A stretch of DNA of 64,000 nucleotides from an uncultured Candidatus Binatia bacterium (GCA_965213675.1 OZ243916.1:3552001-3616000), one strand, 5' to 3'; numbered from the stretch's first letter, positions 45,567-55,232 are shown. Program-made: numbers and translations. The notes: a model not told the origin generated them from the letters alone.

Positions 45567-46337
45567 ATGATCGAAGGGTTGCAGGGCAAGGTGGTGATCA
45601 TCACGGGCGGCGGCCACGGCATCGGCAAGGCCTACGCCGAGGGGTTTACCAAGTCCGGTTCCAGGGTGGTGGTGGCGGACATCGACGGCGAGGCGGCGGA
45701 AAAGGTGGCGGCGGACCTCGGGAAGCTGAGCGAGGCCGGCTCCATGGCGGTGACCGTGGACGTGTCCGACGATGAGTCCACCAACCAGATGGTGGCCAGG
45801 ACCGTCGAGCGTTTCGGCCAGGTGGATGTGCTGGTGAACAACGCGTCGATCTTCGCCACCATTCCCATGAGCCGCGGCCGCATCGAGGAGATCAGCATCG
45901 AAGAGTGGGACAAGCTCATGTCGGTGAACCTCAAGGGCGTGTTCCTCTGCTGCCGTGCGGTGCTGCCGCAGATGCGCCGGCAGAAGTCCGGCAAGATCAT
46001 CAACATCGCCTCGGGGACCGCGCTCTACGGCCCTCCCGGACGCATCCACTACGTCGCCTCCAAGGCCGGCGTGATGGGTTTCAGTCGCACCCTGGCGCGG
46101 GAGGTGGGCGAGGACAACATTCAGGTCAACATCCTGTGCCCGGGCTCGACCCTGTCCGAGGAGAATCCCACCGAGGATATCCTCAAGATGCGCCAGAGCA
46201 ATATCGGCTCGCGCGCCCTCAAGCGGGTCCAGGTTCCCCAGGATCTGGTGGGCGGGGTGCTGTTCATGGCCTCCCCCCTGGCCGACTTCATGACCGGCCA
46301 GACCCTGGTGGTGGACGGCGGCCAGAACATGCATTGA
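45567..46337 (+). CDS. Short-chain dehydrogenase/reductase
   Basis: TGGGHGIG, NNAS, YVASK, VDGG; GAGGAG RBS. Confidence 0.93.
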   Translation: MIEGLQGKVVIITGGGHGIGKAYAEGFTKSGSRVVVADIDGEAAEKVAADLGKLSEAGSMAVTVDVSDDESTNQMVARTVERFGQVDVLVNNASIFATIPMSRGRIEEISIEEWDKLMSVNLKGVFLCCRAVLPQMRRQKSGKIINIASGTALYGPPGRIHYVASKAGVMGFSRTLAREVGEDNIQVNILCPGSTLSEENPTEDILKMRQSNIGSRALKRVQVPQDLVGGVLFMASPLADFMTGQTLVVDGGQNMH

Positions 46338-46403
46338 CGGCGCCCCGCTCTGTCATTGATACGAACACCAATCACCACGACTCACCGCCGTTCAGGGCTC
46401 ACC

Positions 46404-46429
46404 GTCATTCCCGCGGCAGCGGGAATCCA
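46404..46429 (+). repeat. REP-like palindrome
   Basis: GTCATTCCCGCGGCAGCGGGAATCCA. Confidence 0.75.
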
Positions 46430-46451
46430 TAGAGAGATGGAGCGGTCGCGC

Positions 46452-47852
46452 ATGGCCGGGTACGCCAACCACCAGCACACGGACACCATCAGCCGGCTGG
46501 TTGAACTGCTCGGCCGCACCGCCGTCCGCACCGACCCCGCCGAGCTGGATGCGCATGCCTGGGACGCCTTGAGCCCCAGCCGCATCCACCCCGCGCACCC
46601 CATCGTTCCCGTTCATCCGCTGTGCGTCTGCACCCCGGCCAACACGTCCGAGGTGCAGGCCGTGGTGCGGCTGGCCAACCGCCAACGGCTCCCGCTGGTG
46701 CCCTACGGCGGCGGCTCGGGGCTCATGGGCGCGGCTGCCACGCTTGTACCGGGCATCGTGGTGGATCTGAGGCGGATGAATGCCGTCGTGGAGATCGATG
46801 CGGACTCGCTCACGGCCCGGGTCCAGGCCGGAGCCGTGCTGGAGGCCGTCGACGCGGCACTGCGTGGCGCCGGCCTCATGCTGGGTCACGACCCCTGGAC
46901 CCTGCCGGTGGCCACGGTGGGCGGCACGGTCTCCACCGACAGTCTCGGTTATCGAGGCGGCAAGTACGGCTCCATGGGCAACCAGGTGCTGGGGTTGGAG
47001 GCGGTGTTGCCCCAAGGAGAAGTGTGCCGTACCCCCGCCGTGAGCAAACGCTCCACCGGCCTCGATTTCAAGCACCTGTTCATCGGCGGCGAAGGCTGCT
47101 TCGGCGTCCTCACGGAGGTGACGCTGCGGGTCTACCCGGTTCCGGAGACGCGCGTCCTCCATGCCCTGCAGTTCGGTTCCTTCGCTGCCGGCTTCGACGC
47201 GGTATGCGACCTGACTCGAGCCGGCTGCCAGCCGATTCTCCTGGACTATGGCGATGAGACAGCCGATCCGGATGGAACGTCGATCCTGTATCTGGGCTTC
47301 GAAGGGAGCGCGGCTCTGACAGCCGCGGAAGAGGGCGTGGCGCTGGATGCCTGCGCGCGCCGCGGCGCCCGGAAACTCCCGCGCGAGCGGGCGGAGCGCT
47401 TCTGGGGTGAACGTCACGCCGCGGCCCGGCGTTTTGCCATGAACCGAAGCGAACGCCGCACGCGCGGCCTCGACGGCATGCACCAGGATTGGGTCCATGT
47501 GGCCCTGCCGGCATCGCGGGTGCTGACCTTCCGGCAGGAGGCCATCGCCCTGGCAGCGGCGCGGGGCGTGCGCTTCCGCGAGAGCGGGCTCTGGACCGGC
47601 CCGGAACTGTTCTCCCTGCGCCTCGCGACGGAGGGCGGCGAACAGGCACGGCGTGAGCTGGGCGACACGGTGCGGGCGCTCCTCGACCACGTCCCCGATT
47701 ACGACGGGTCCGTGGAATACTGCCACGGCGTCGGCGTCAAACTGGCTCCCCTGATGGCCCGCGAGCATGCCGGGGGCCTGGCTGTGATGCGTTCCCTCAA
47801 GCGCTGCCTCGATCCCCAGGGCATCATGAACCCGGGCAAGTTGGCCCTGTGA
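46452..47852 (+). CDS. FAD-binding oxidoreductase (GlcD / alkyl-DHAP-synthase-like)
   Basis: PYGGGSG, ATVGG, GGEGCFGVLTEVTL, CHGVG, DPQGIMNPGK. Confidence 0.88.
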   Translation: MAGYANHQHTDTISRLVELLGRTAVRTDPAELDAHAWDALSPSRIHPAHPIVPVHPLCVCTPANTSEVQAVVRLANRQRLPLVPYGGGSGLMGAAATLVPGIVVDLRRMNAVVEIDADSLTARVQAGAVLEAVDAALRGAGLMLGHDPWTLPVATVGGTVSTDSLGYRGGKYGSMGNQVLGLEAVLPQGEVCRTPAVSKRSTGLDFKHLFIGGEGCFGVLTEVTLRVYPVPETRVLHALQFGSFAAGFDAVCDLTRAGCQPILLDYGDETADPDGTSILYLGFEGSAALTAAEEGVALDACARRGARKLPRERAERFWGERHAAARRFAMNRSERRTRGLDGMHQDWVHVALPASRVLTFRQEAIALAAARGVRFRESGLWTGPELFSLRLATEGGEQARRELGDTVRALLDHVPDYDGSVEYCHGVGVKLAPLMAREHAGGLAVMRSLKRCLDPQGIMNPGKLAL

Positions 47853-47861
47853 CGCGCGGCC

Positions 47862-48638
47862 CTACCTGCGCAGTCCCTTGAAACCCACCTGGTGGGCGTC
47901 GATCGGCGTGCGTACATCGAAGTTCTCGCGCACCAGAACGCTCCGCCCCCCGGTTCGGTGATTCTCCATCGAGCTGCGGGCAACGACGTACATCCCTTCG
48001 ATTTTCTGTATCTTTTCGGTGTACAGGGTCTTGACCTTCCGGCCCCCGCGGTCGTAGAAGGCTACCTGCCTCGGCACGAGCAACTCCATCATCACCTGCG
48101 TTTCCAGGTACGCATAGGGGTCGCGGGCGTCCTTGGGAACGGAGCGCACCGTGACGACATCGCCGTTGTCCTCCAGGATCTCGTGCTTGTCCTGGCCGAC
48201 GGTCCGTCCGCTGACGTCGGCATTGGTGAAGTCGGAACCCATGAAGCTCTTGTGCCTGTCGTCCACGCTGAGCTGCTTCACCGAGCGCAGGGCGGGCAGG
48301 TAGATCCACTGCCGGGTGTCGTCCTCGCCGTCGAGACTCTCGCTCAACAGCCCCGTGCCGCGCACGTTCGCCGGTTTGTAGAACTTGATGAGGCTCTTGG
48401 TCCGGTCGGGGAAGATTTTGCGAAAGGATCGGAAGTAGCGCTCCCGCTTGCGCCCTTTGTCGTCCCTGATGATCAGGCGCACGTTCGAGGTCTGCTCCCG
48501 GTGCCGTCGCGCCTGGTCGTAAACGTCCTGCATGACGGCGCGCGCGTTGCGCACCCCGGCCGGGGGGGACGGCGGCTCGGCGAGAAAGAGGACCGCCGCG
48601 AGCAACGCAGCGAACATCCACAGGCCCCTTTTTGACAT
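47862..48638 (-). CDS. LolA-like periplasmic lipid carrier (outer-membrane lipoprotein-sorting family)
   Basis: Signal peptide; PANVRGTGLL, QWIYLPALRSV, FMGSDFT. Confidence 0.82.
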   Translation of the reverse strand: MSKRGLWMFAALLAAVLFLAEPPSPPAGVRNARAVMQDVYDQARRHREQTSNVRLIIRDDKGRKRERYFRSFRKIFPDRTKSLIKFYKPANVRGTGLLSESLDGEDDTRQWIYLPALRSVKQLSVDDRHKSFMGSDFTNADVSGRTVGQDKHEILEDNGDVVTVRSVPKDARDPYAYLETQVMMELLVPRQVAFYDRGGRKVKTLYTEKIQKIEGMYVVARSSMENHRTGGRSVLVRENFDVRTPIDAHQVGFKGLRR

Positions 48639-48785
48639 TTTCTGTCTTGTGCGCATGAGGTGGATGTAGCGGTCGGAGGGAGTGCCGGAATCGTAATCGA
48701 ACACCGTGGCGCTGTCAAACCAAAGGGGAAATGTCCCCTCTTCGGCAAAGCAGAGATGTCCTTTTTGAGGTTGAGTGCACGATCG

Positions 48786-51080
48786 TCACCCGCTGCCGCG
48801 TCCGGTCAGTGTCAGAACGGAGGGGAGAAGCAGGAGGCTCGATGCGAGCGCGACGGCGAGGCCGAATATGGTGAACAGCGCGAAGCGCGCGAGCAGGACG
48901 AGGTCCGAGAGCAGCAGCACCGCGAAGCCCGCGCAGAACAACAGGCTGGTGACGATGATCGGCCCGCCGGTGAGGAGGATCGCTTCCCGGCGCGCGGCGG
49001 CGGCGGGCTGCGTCCGGCGCTCGCGGTTGTAGGCGTGGAGGAGATGGATGGTGTCGTCCACGCACAGCCCCAGCGTGATGCCGGCGACCAGAACCGTGGA
49101 GAAGTCGAACGGCACGCCCAGCCAGGCCATGAGCCCGGTGGCCGCGACCACGGTGAGGAGGTTCACCCCGAACGCTGCAAGCCCCTGCCCCCAGCCGAAG
49201 AGGAGGACGAACAGGAAGCCGATGGCCACGCCGGTGAGCAGCAGGCTGTACGCCTGGGTGCGCAGCACCTGCCCGCTCATCGTGTGGACGAAAGCGGCGA
49301 AGCCGGTCAGGACCGGGTCGAGACCCGCGCTCACCGGGGCCACGGCGAGCCGCACCCGCTCGATGAAGTCGGCCAGATCCCGGGAGGGCAGGTCGGGCAG
49401 GCGCAGGTGGATGCGCGCGGTGGCGTAGTCGAAATCGACGTGCGGGGAGAGCACGTCATCCTTGTTTTCGGTGCGCGAGAGCTCCAGAAACAGGATCTCC
49501 TGCGCGAGCAGGTCCTCGGAGTCGGGAAGCCCGCGGACGCCCGTGAAGGCCTGCTGCGTGCGGCTCAGGGGGGCCGTGTAGCTTTCGGCATAGGTTACAG
49601 GGGAGAGGGCGGCGAGAGCCGTCTCCATGGTCTCGACGGTTTCGAGGCCGGACAGGGACTTGAAATGCTCGGGGGTCCCCGACTTCAGCAGGATGTCGAG
49701 CCCCGCGGAGCCGCCGAGCCGGGCGTCGACGAGACCGAAGTCCTTGCGGATCGTGCTGTCCTCCTTGAAGAACACCTGCAGGAAGCCGGTCTCCGTGCGC
49801 AGGTGGAAGAGGCCCGCGCCGAGCAGCAGGCCGAGCGCGACGGACAGCACCGCGACCCGCCCCGCGCGGGCCGCGGTGAGCCGGTGGCAGGCTTCCAGGG
49901 CGGCGCGCAGGCGCCCGTTCCCGCCGCCCGGTCGGGGGTCCATGGCGTCGCCGGAGAAGCGGAACACGCTCCAGAAGGCGAGGACGATCACGGGGTAGGC
50001 GAACGTGATGGCGGCGAGGGAGTCGAGGCCGAAATGCCGCAGCGGGATGAGGACGCTGATGCCGAAGGCGCCGAAGCCCGCGGCGGTGGTGAGCGAGGTG
50101 AACAGGCAGGGACGCAGCGCCCGCCCCAGCGCGGCGCGGGCCAGTCCGCCGCCCGGAGCCAGCGGGTCGGCGCGGCGCAGCGCGTCGCGGTGGGCGAGTA
50201 TGTGAAGCCCGTCGGCCACCGCGATGACGGCCGCCAGGACCGGAAGGGCCAGGGTGGTCACGGTCATCTTGTGGCCCAGGACCACGATCCACGACAGGCT
50301 CCCGGCGATGACCAGCAGCGCCGCCGCAAGCACCGGAAAGGCGCGGCGCGCGGAGCGCAGGAAGAGGACGAGAAAGAGCGCGATCACCCCCGCGCCAGCC
50401 GCCGCGAGCTGCAGCGTCTGCCGGCGGACCTTCTCGTTGATCGTGTCCCGCAACGCCGCGCCGCCGGCGAAATGGACCTGCCCGCCCGCACCCTCCCGAT
50501 GGAGCACGGCGCGTACCTTCTGCATGGCCCGGCGCCGCCGCTCGGCCTGCTCGCTCGTATCAAGACGCAACAGGAGGACTGCGAGGGAACCGTCCCGCGG
50601 CGCGAGGCGGCCCCCGTAGGGACTCTCGGCGAAGGCCCGGCGGTAGTCCTCGCGCGAGGCGAAGGCGCCGCGCCGCCGGGCGGCGTGGAACTCCTCGATG
50701 CGCACGCCCTCGCCGTCGGCGGCGATGCGCTGGGCGGAGGCTGGGGAACGGATGGAGACGAGGTCGTCCTGAAGCTCCGCCTTGAGCGCCTTTTCAAGCG
50801 ACAGCAACCGGCTCGTTCCTGCCGGCGAGAAACTCCCGGCGGGCATCGGGAGCACGACCGCCAGCGTCTCGCCGGGAGCGAATTCGCTCTCCAGCTCGTC
50901 CAGCGCGCGTTCCTGCGGATGTTCCGGGGGCAGCCAGCGGTCGCTGTCGAATTCAAGCCAGACGGCGGGCGCCGCGATCACGGCGCTTGCCAGCAACCAG
51001 AGGCCGACGGTCAGCCTGCCCAGGCGCCGCTCCCGACGGCAATGTTGACCGGATGGTGACGCTGCTCCGTCAGAACTCAT
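48786..51080 (-). CDS. MMPL/RND family inner-membrane transporter
   Basis: Two TM-periplasmic repeats; IAVADGLH, TSLTTAAGF, GLCVDDTIH. Confidence 0.88.
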   Translation of the reverse strand: MSSDGAASPSGQHCRRERRLGRLTVGLWLLASAVIAAPAVWLEFDSDRWLPPEHPQERALDELESEFAPGETLAVVLPMPAGSFSPAGTSRLLSLEKALKAELQDDLVSIRSPASAQRIAADGEGVRIEEFHAARRRGAFASREDYRRAFAESPYGGRLAPRDGSLAVLLLRLDTSEQAERRRRAMQKVRAVLHREGAGGQVHFAGGAALRDTINEKVRRQTLQLAAAGAGVIALFLVLFLRSARRAFPVLAAALLVIAGSLSWIVVLGHKMTVTTLALPVLAAVIAVADGLHILAHRDALRRADPLAPGGGLARAALGRALRPCLFTSLTTAAGFGAFGISVLIPLRHFGLDSLAAITFAYPVIVLAFWSVFRFSGDAMDPRPGGGNGRLRAALEACHRLTAARAGRVAVLSVALGLLLGAGLFHLRTETGFLQVFFKEDSTIRKDFGLVDARLGGSAGLDILLKSGTPEHFKSLSGLETVETMETALAALSPVTYAESYTAPLSRTQQAFTGVRGLPDSEDLLAQEILFLELSRTENKDDVLSPHVDFDYATARIHLRLPDLPSRDLADFIERVRLAVAPVSAGLDPVLTGFAAFVHTMSGQVLRTQAYSLLLTGVAIGFLFVLLFGWGQGLAAFGVNLLTVVAATGLMAWLGVPFDFSTVLVAGITLGLCVDDTIHLLHAYNRERRTQPAAAARREAILLTGGPIIVTSLLFCAGFAVLLLSDLVLLARFALFTIFGLAVALASSLLLLPSVLTLTGRGSG

Positions 51081-52728
51081 AGACGAGCCCGAGACGCGCT
51101 CCCCAGGCCGCGGCGTCCTCGAGTTCGTACGTTCCGGAGTCGGAATTGAGCTCGTCCAGCAGTTGATCGCTCAGGGCGGCAGCGTACTCCACCGACGCCG
51201 ACCAGCGCCAGTTGTCGAACCACGTCCTGGTGTAGAAGGCGGAGAGGCCGAGAAACGGGCCGGCAAAGCCTCCGACGAAGCCGGCTGTCGTGGTGCGCTC
51301 CTCGTCGAAGTCGTAAAGGATGTAGGCGTTCGGAAGGACCCCACCCGAAAACCCGACGCCGTCATCGCCGGGATAGGCGGCCTTCACCAGCCGGTCGGCT
51401 TCCTTGGCCTGGCCGGTGAGCGTGGGTTCCGCGACAAAGACGGCGACGCCAAAACGCCAGTGATCGTAGAGCGCGTCGAAACCGGCGCCGGCCATGATGA
51501 AGTTCACGTCTACGTAGCCCCGCCCGCTGTTTTGCTCCACGATCCACTCGTACAAGTCGCGCCGCGCCGCCGAGGTGGCGTCCGTCGCGGCTTGGGAGAT
51601 GATCTCCCGCGTGACCCCGCCGATGTCGGTCTCCGTGCGCATGTAGAAGGCCTCGCCCTTCCACGTCCACCGGCCCACTGGGACGGACAGCTCCAGGCCC
51701 ACGGTTTCACTGCCGGGCAGGAGGCTGCGCTCGATGACGCTGTAGGCGTCGTAGGTCCCGCTGCCGTCCGTCTGCGTGACCGGCTCCACCAAGGGCAGCT
51801 CGTCGAAAGCGAAGAGCGTATTGCGCCCACTGTAGTACGTCAGGCCGAAGGTGACGGAATCGCCATACCAGACGGCGCGCGCGGCGTACGCATCGTAGTC
51901 GCTCCCGCCCTTGCGCGGCCGGGGCCGCATTTCGGTTTCACCGAAACGGGTGGCGTCCGCGACGTAGACTTGATTGGCACCGTCCGCCTCGTCCAGGATC
52001 TCCTCGTGGAGCGGGTCGATGTTCGTCCAGGGAAACCAGTAGGCGCTGACCTCAAGGCGTTCAAAGGGAAACGCGACCGCCGAGACCGCGGGCTGCGGCA
52101 TGCGGTAGGCGGACTTTTCGAGCGAAAGGTCGTCGCTCTGGAACTCGAGCGGCAGCAGGAGGTTCACCGGTGACACGATGTCGAACTGGCCCCAGATGGG
52201 CCTCTGGTAGCCGGCGCTCAAAGAGAGGTTGTCCGCGAGGTCGTACTGCAGGTAGGCCTCGCGCAACTCGACCCCGCTGGCGGTCACCTCGAGCTCCCTC
52301 TCTTCCGGCAGGGTGCTGGTCGTCGACACGAATGCTCCGGATCCGTCTCCGGCCGTGGGGTCCCACTTCGTTTCCAGGTCACTGGTGCGCTTCTGCTCAA
52401 GGGAAACCGAGCGGCGCGCGTACCCGCCCTCGATGAAGAGCTTTGCGGACCCGCCGCCCACCGTGAAGGGATAGTCGATCCCCAGGCGGGCCGCCAGAAG
52501 TTGGCGGTTGATCGGGCTGCCGAGGAAAACGTCGCCTCCGACGCTGCCGAATACGTGCTTCTCGAAGAAGCCGTCGCTCTCTTGGCCCTCATCACCGGTC
52601 ACCACCGTCGGGTTCGAAGCCTGCTGTGCGTGCACGGCGCAGGAAAGCGTGAGCAGTGCGACGGCAATCGACACCACGACAATTGAAGACGAAATCCGGC
52701 TGTTGCGGTCACTATGTCGCGAAAGCAT
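51070..52728 (-). CDS. Putative outer-membrane beta-barrel protein (DUF1302-like)
   Basis: Signal peptide VHA-QQ; ELREAYLQY...GYQRPIWGQFD; C-terminal LGLVYEF beta-signal. Confidence 0.7.
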   Translation of the reverse strand: MLSRHSDRNSRISSSIVVVSIAVALLTLSCAVHAQQASNPTVVTGDEGQESDGFFEKHVFGSVGGDVFLGSPINRQLLAARLGIDYPFTVGGGSAKLFIEGGYARRSVSLEQKRTSDLETKWDPTAGDGSGAFVSTTSTLPEERELEVTASGVELREAYLQYDLADNLSLSAGYQRPIWGQFDIVSPVNLLLPLEFQSDDLSLEKSAYRMPQPAVSAVAFPFERLEVSAYWFPWTNIDPLHEEILDEADGANQVYVADATRFGETEMRPRPRKGGSDYDAYAARAVWYGDSVTFGLTYYSGRNTLFAFDELPLVEPVTQTDGSGTYDAYSVIERSLLPGSETVGLELSVPVGRWTWKGEAFYMRTETDIGGVTREIISQAATDATSAARRDLYEWIVEQNSGRGYVDVNFIMAGAGFDALYDHWRFGVAVFVAEPTLTGQAKEADRLVKAAYPGDDGVGFSGGVLPNAYILYDFDEERTTTAGFVGGFAGPFLGLSAFYTRTWFDNWRWSASVEYAAALSDQLLDELNSDSGTYELEDAAAWGARLGLVYEF

Positions 52729-53037
52729 TTTTCGAACTCCTTTGCACGTTTGGCCTGGATGTCTGGGTCATGGTGGTACCGCCTCCCCATTCCTTGTCGG
52801 CCATTGCGAATCATGACGTTTCCCCAAGCGGGATTGAACCCTTGTTACATTAGTGGGCCCAAGACCTCAATGGCGCCGGTCCCGGCTCTTCCGTATGAAC
52901 GAGCGCAACCTGCCGCTGGCCGACCCCTCCCGGTACCTGCCTTTCACGGCATGACGGATCTGGCAGCAGCCGGGGACGTCGAGGGTCGTGCCGTCGGTGC
53001 CCAGCAGCCACCGGAACGTCCGGGTATCCGCTGGTCT

Positions 53038-53066
53038 TTGACAATCCCGTCAAATGTCGGTACTCT
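53038..53066 (+). promoter_or_regulatory. sigma70-type promoter
   Basis: TTGACA-17-TACTCT; TTTGAC-N6-GTCAAA palindrome overlaps the -35. Confidence 0.7.
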
Positions 53067-53126
53067 CGAAATCAGGAATGAGACGACCAATCTATCGGAT
53101 ACGGGCGGTCTGCCTGAACGATCAAG

Positions 53127-53161
53127 AAGGAACGGCACCCACGGGTGCGGTTCCTTTTTTT
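53127..53161 (+). terminator. Intrinsic terminator-like hairpin in the leader of the zinc-ribbon gene
   Basis: AAGGAAC-G-GCACC...GGTGC-G-GTTCCTT plus T-tract. Confidence 0.65.
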
Positions 53162-53189
53162 GTCGGACGGCCGCTGACGGGAGGGCATC

Positions 53190-53924
53190 GTGTTGCGTGA
53201 GCAGTTGGAAACACTTGCGGGTCTGCAAGGTATCGATCTCGAAGTGAAAAAGCACAAGGACGCGCAAAACGAACGACGCCAGGAAATGGAGAAACGGGAG
53301 CGCGAAATCGCGCGGTTGGCGGCGGAGGTGAAGACGTCGAGGGACGCGTGGGAGGAGCGGGACCGCGTACGCCGCGACAAGGAGCAGGTCATCCACGACG
53401 CCAACCGTAAGGCCACGGACAAGCGCATGCGCATGAGTCATGTGAAGAACCTCAAGGAGCTCCAGGCGCTCCAGCGGGAGATCGGCGTCATCAAGGAGTC
53501 CAATGCGATCCTGGAGGAGGAACTGATCGAGGTGATGACCGACATGGAGGAACACGAGGGGGTCCTCAAACAGAAGGAAGAGGAACTGACCGCCCTCCAG
53601 GACGAATGGAACACGAGAAAAGGGCCATTGGAGCAGGAAATCGCGGAACTCGAGCACAAGGTCGATCAGACGCGCGACCTGCGCGCCGCCACCGCGTCAC
53701 GTCTCGATGATGATCTGGTGGGCCGCTACGAGTTGCTGTTCAACCGGCGCGGTGGCACAGCGGTGGTGGCGGTTTCATCCGCCATTTGCCAAGCCTGTTA
53801 CATGAACATTCCCCCGCAGCTTTGGAATGAGGTGCTGCGCAACGAGCGCGTGAACCTGTGTCCGAGTTGTCAGCGCATTCTGTTCTACAATCCGCCGGTG
53901 CCGGAACCTGGCGGGCAGCCGTAG
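53190..53924 (+). CDS. Coiled-coil C4 zinc-ribbon protein (DUF164/CT398-like)
   Basis: LQGID, long coiled coil, CQACYMNIPPQ...CPSCQRILF. Confidence 0.88.
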   Translation: MLREQLETLAGLQGIDLEVKKHKDAQNERRQEMEKREREIARLAAEVKTSRDAWEERDRVRRDKEQVIHDANRKATDKRMRMSHVKNLKELQALQREIGVIKESNAILEEELIEVMTDMEEHEGVLKQKEEELTALQDEWNTRKGPLEQEIAELEHKVDQTRDLRAATASRLDDDLVGRYELLFNRRGGTAVVAVSSAICQACYMNIPPQLWNEVLRNERVNLCPSCQRILFYNPPVPEPGGQP

Positions 53925-53982
53925 GACGGCGCGCCGTTTCCCCGGGGTTGCGTCTGCGCCCGGCAAACGGGAAACTAGGGGT

Positions 53983-54367
53983 GGGACCAGCGGACCAGAC
54001 GGTCGCCTCCGCGGTTTGCGTGGAGGAGGAAAGTCCGGACTCCGCAGGACAGGGTGGCCGTTAACGGCGGCCCCGAGTGATCGGGGGAAAGTGCCACAGA
54101 AAACACACCGCCCGGCGGGTTCCGGCTTCACGCCGGGCCACCGGGTAAGGTTGAAAAGGCGAGGTAAGAGCTCACCGGTCCGCCAGTGATGGCGGATGCT
54201 TGGTAAACCCCACCTGGAGCAAGACCAAATAGGAGGGTTGGGTCGTCCGCCTGAAGCCCTCGGGTAAGGTCGCTGGACCCCGTGAGCAATCGCGGGGCTA
54301 GATGAATGACCGTCCCGCTTCTCGTTGGGAAGCGCGACAGAATCCGGCTTACCGGTCCGCTGGTCCC
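53983..54367 (+). ncRNA. rnpB: RNase P RNA, type A
   Basis: GAGGAAAGTCCGGACTCC, GAAAGTGCCACAGAAA, GGTAAACCCC, GAGCAAG, ACAGAATCCGGCTTAC; P1 pairing GGGACCAGCGGACC / GGTCCGCTGGTCCC. Confidence 0.97.
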
Positions 54368-54634
54368 CCTTCCGCCGCTTTGCGGCGCGAACCTCCGAAC
54401 CACCTCCGAACCGTTTCCAACCCACACCAGCCCACCGCGCCCAATCCGCGGCGCGATGGATTGTTGCCAGGTTTTATTTCCGCCCGCGGACACCCGCGGG
54501 CCGGTTCCCAAACCCACATCTTGTGGCCCGTCCGGGATTGTCCGCCTTCCGAACAACCAGATGTGGGTATTTTCCATCCCTTCCGCAGCTGTGTTGGGGG
54601 CAAGCCAAATCCCCAGGATTGTGACGTTTTCGTG

Positions 54635-54698
54635 TTGACGGGGGGTTGGTGCGACGCTATAGTCGCCCTTGGTGGGATAAGGTGGGATAAATTCCCAT
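54635..54698 (+). promoter_or_regulatory. dcw (Pmra) promoter and MraZ boxes
   Basis: TTGACG-17-TATAGT (54635-54663); GGTGGGATAA x2 (54671-54690) with 10-bp period. Confidence 0.8.
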
Positions 54699-54744
54699 AC
54701 AAGACCAACGCGCTTTCACCGAGATTTCACCAAGAGTGTACGCA

Positions 54745-55197
54745 ATGTTTCGCGGACGTTACGAGCATACGGTCGATACCAAGGGGCGGCTGAGTATCCC
54801 GGCCAAGTATCGTGAAGTCCTCCTGGGCAAGGGAGATTCCAGGCTCATTATCACAAACTTCGTGGTCAGCTCCAAGCGCTGTCTCGATGTCTACCCGCTT
54901 GACGAATGGACGGCGCTGGAGGAGGCGGTGCGTGAGAAACCCAAGTTCGATCCCAACATGGTGCGGTTTCAGAACTACTATCTGGGGGGAGCCATGGAAT
55001 GCGAGGTGGACACGCACGGACGCATTCTCATCCCGCCCGGGTTGCGCAAGTACGCGGATCTCAAACGCGACGTGATGCTGGTGTCGGCCGGGGAGAAGTT
55101 TCGCATCTGGGACAAGGACGCCTGGGACAGGGTGTTCACGGAGGCTGAAGAGCAACTCATGGAGGATCCGGGCTCTTTCTCCGACTTGGGCCTGTGA
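54745..55197 (+). CDS. mraZ: Transcriptional regulator MraZ
   Basis: MFRG, DTKGRLSIP, DTHGRILIP. Confidence 0.95.
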   Translation: MFRGRYEHTVDTKGRLSIPAKYREVLLGKGDSRLIITNFVVSSKRCLDVYPLDEWTALEEAVREKPKFDPNMVRFQNYYLGGAMECEVDTHGRILIPPGLRKYADLKRDVMLVSAGEKFRIWDKDAWDRVFTEAEEQLMEDPGSFSDLGL

Positions 55198-55232
55198 GTC
55201 GCGAGGGGATACCGGGAGAAAAGGAGCGATCC

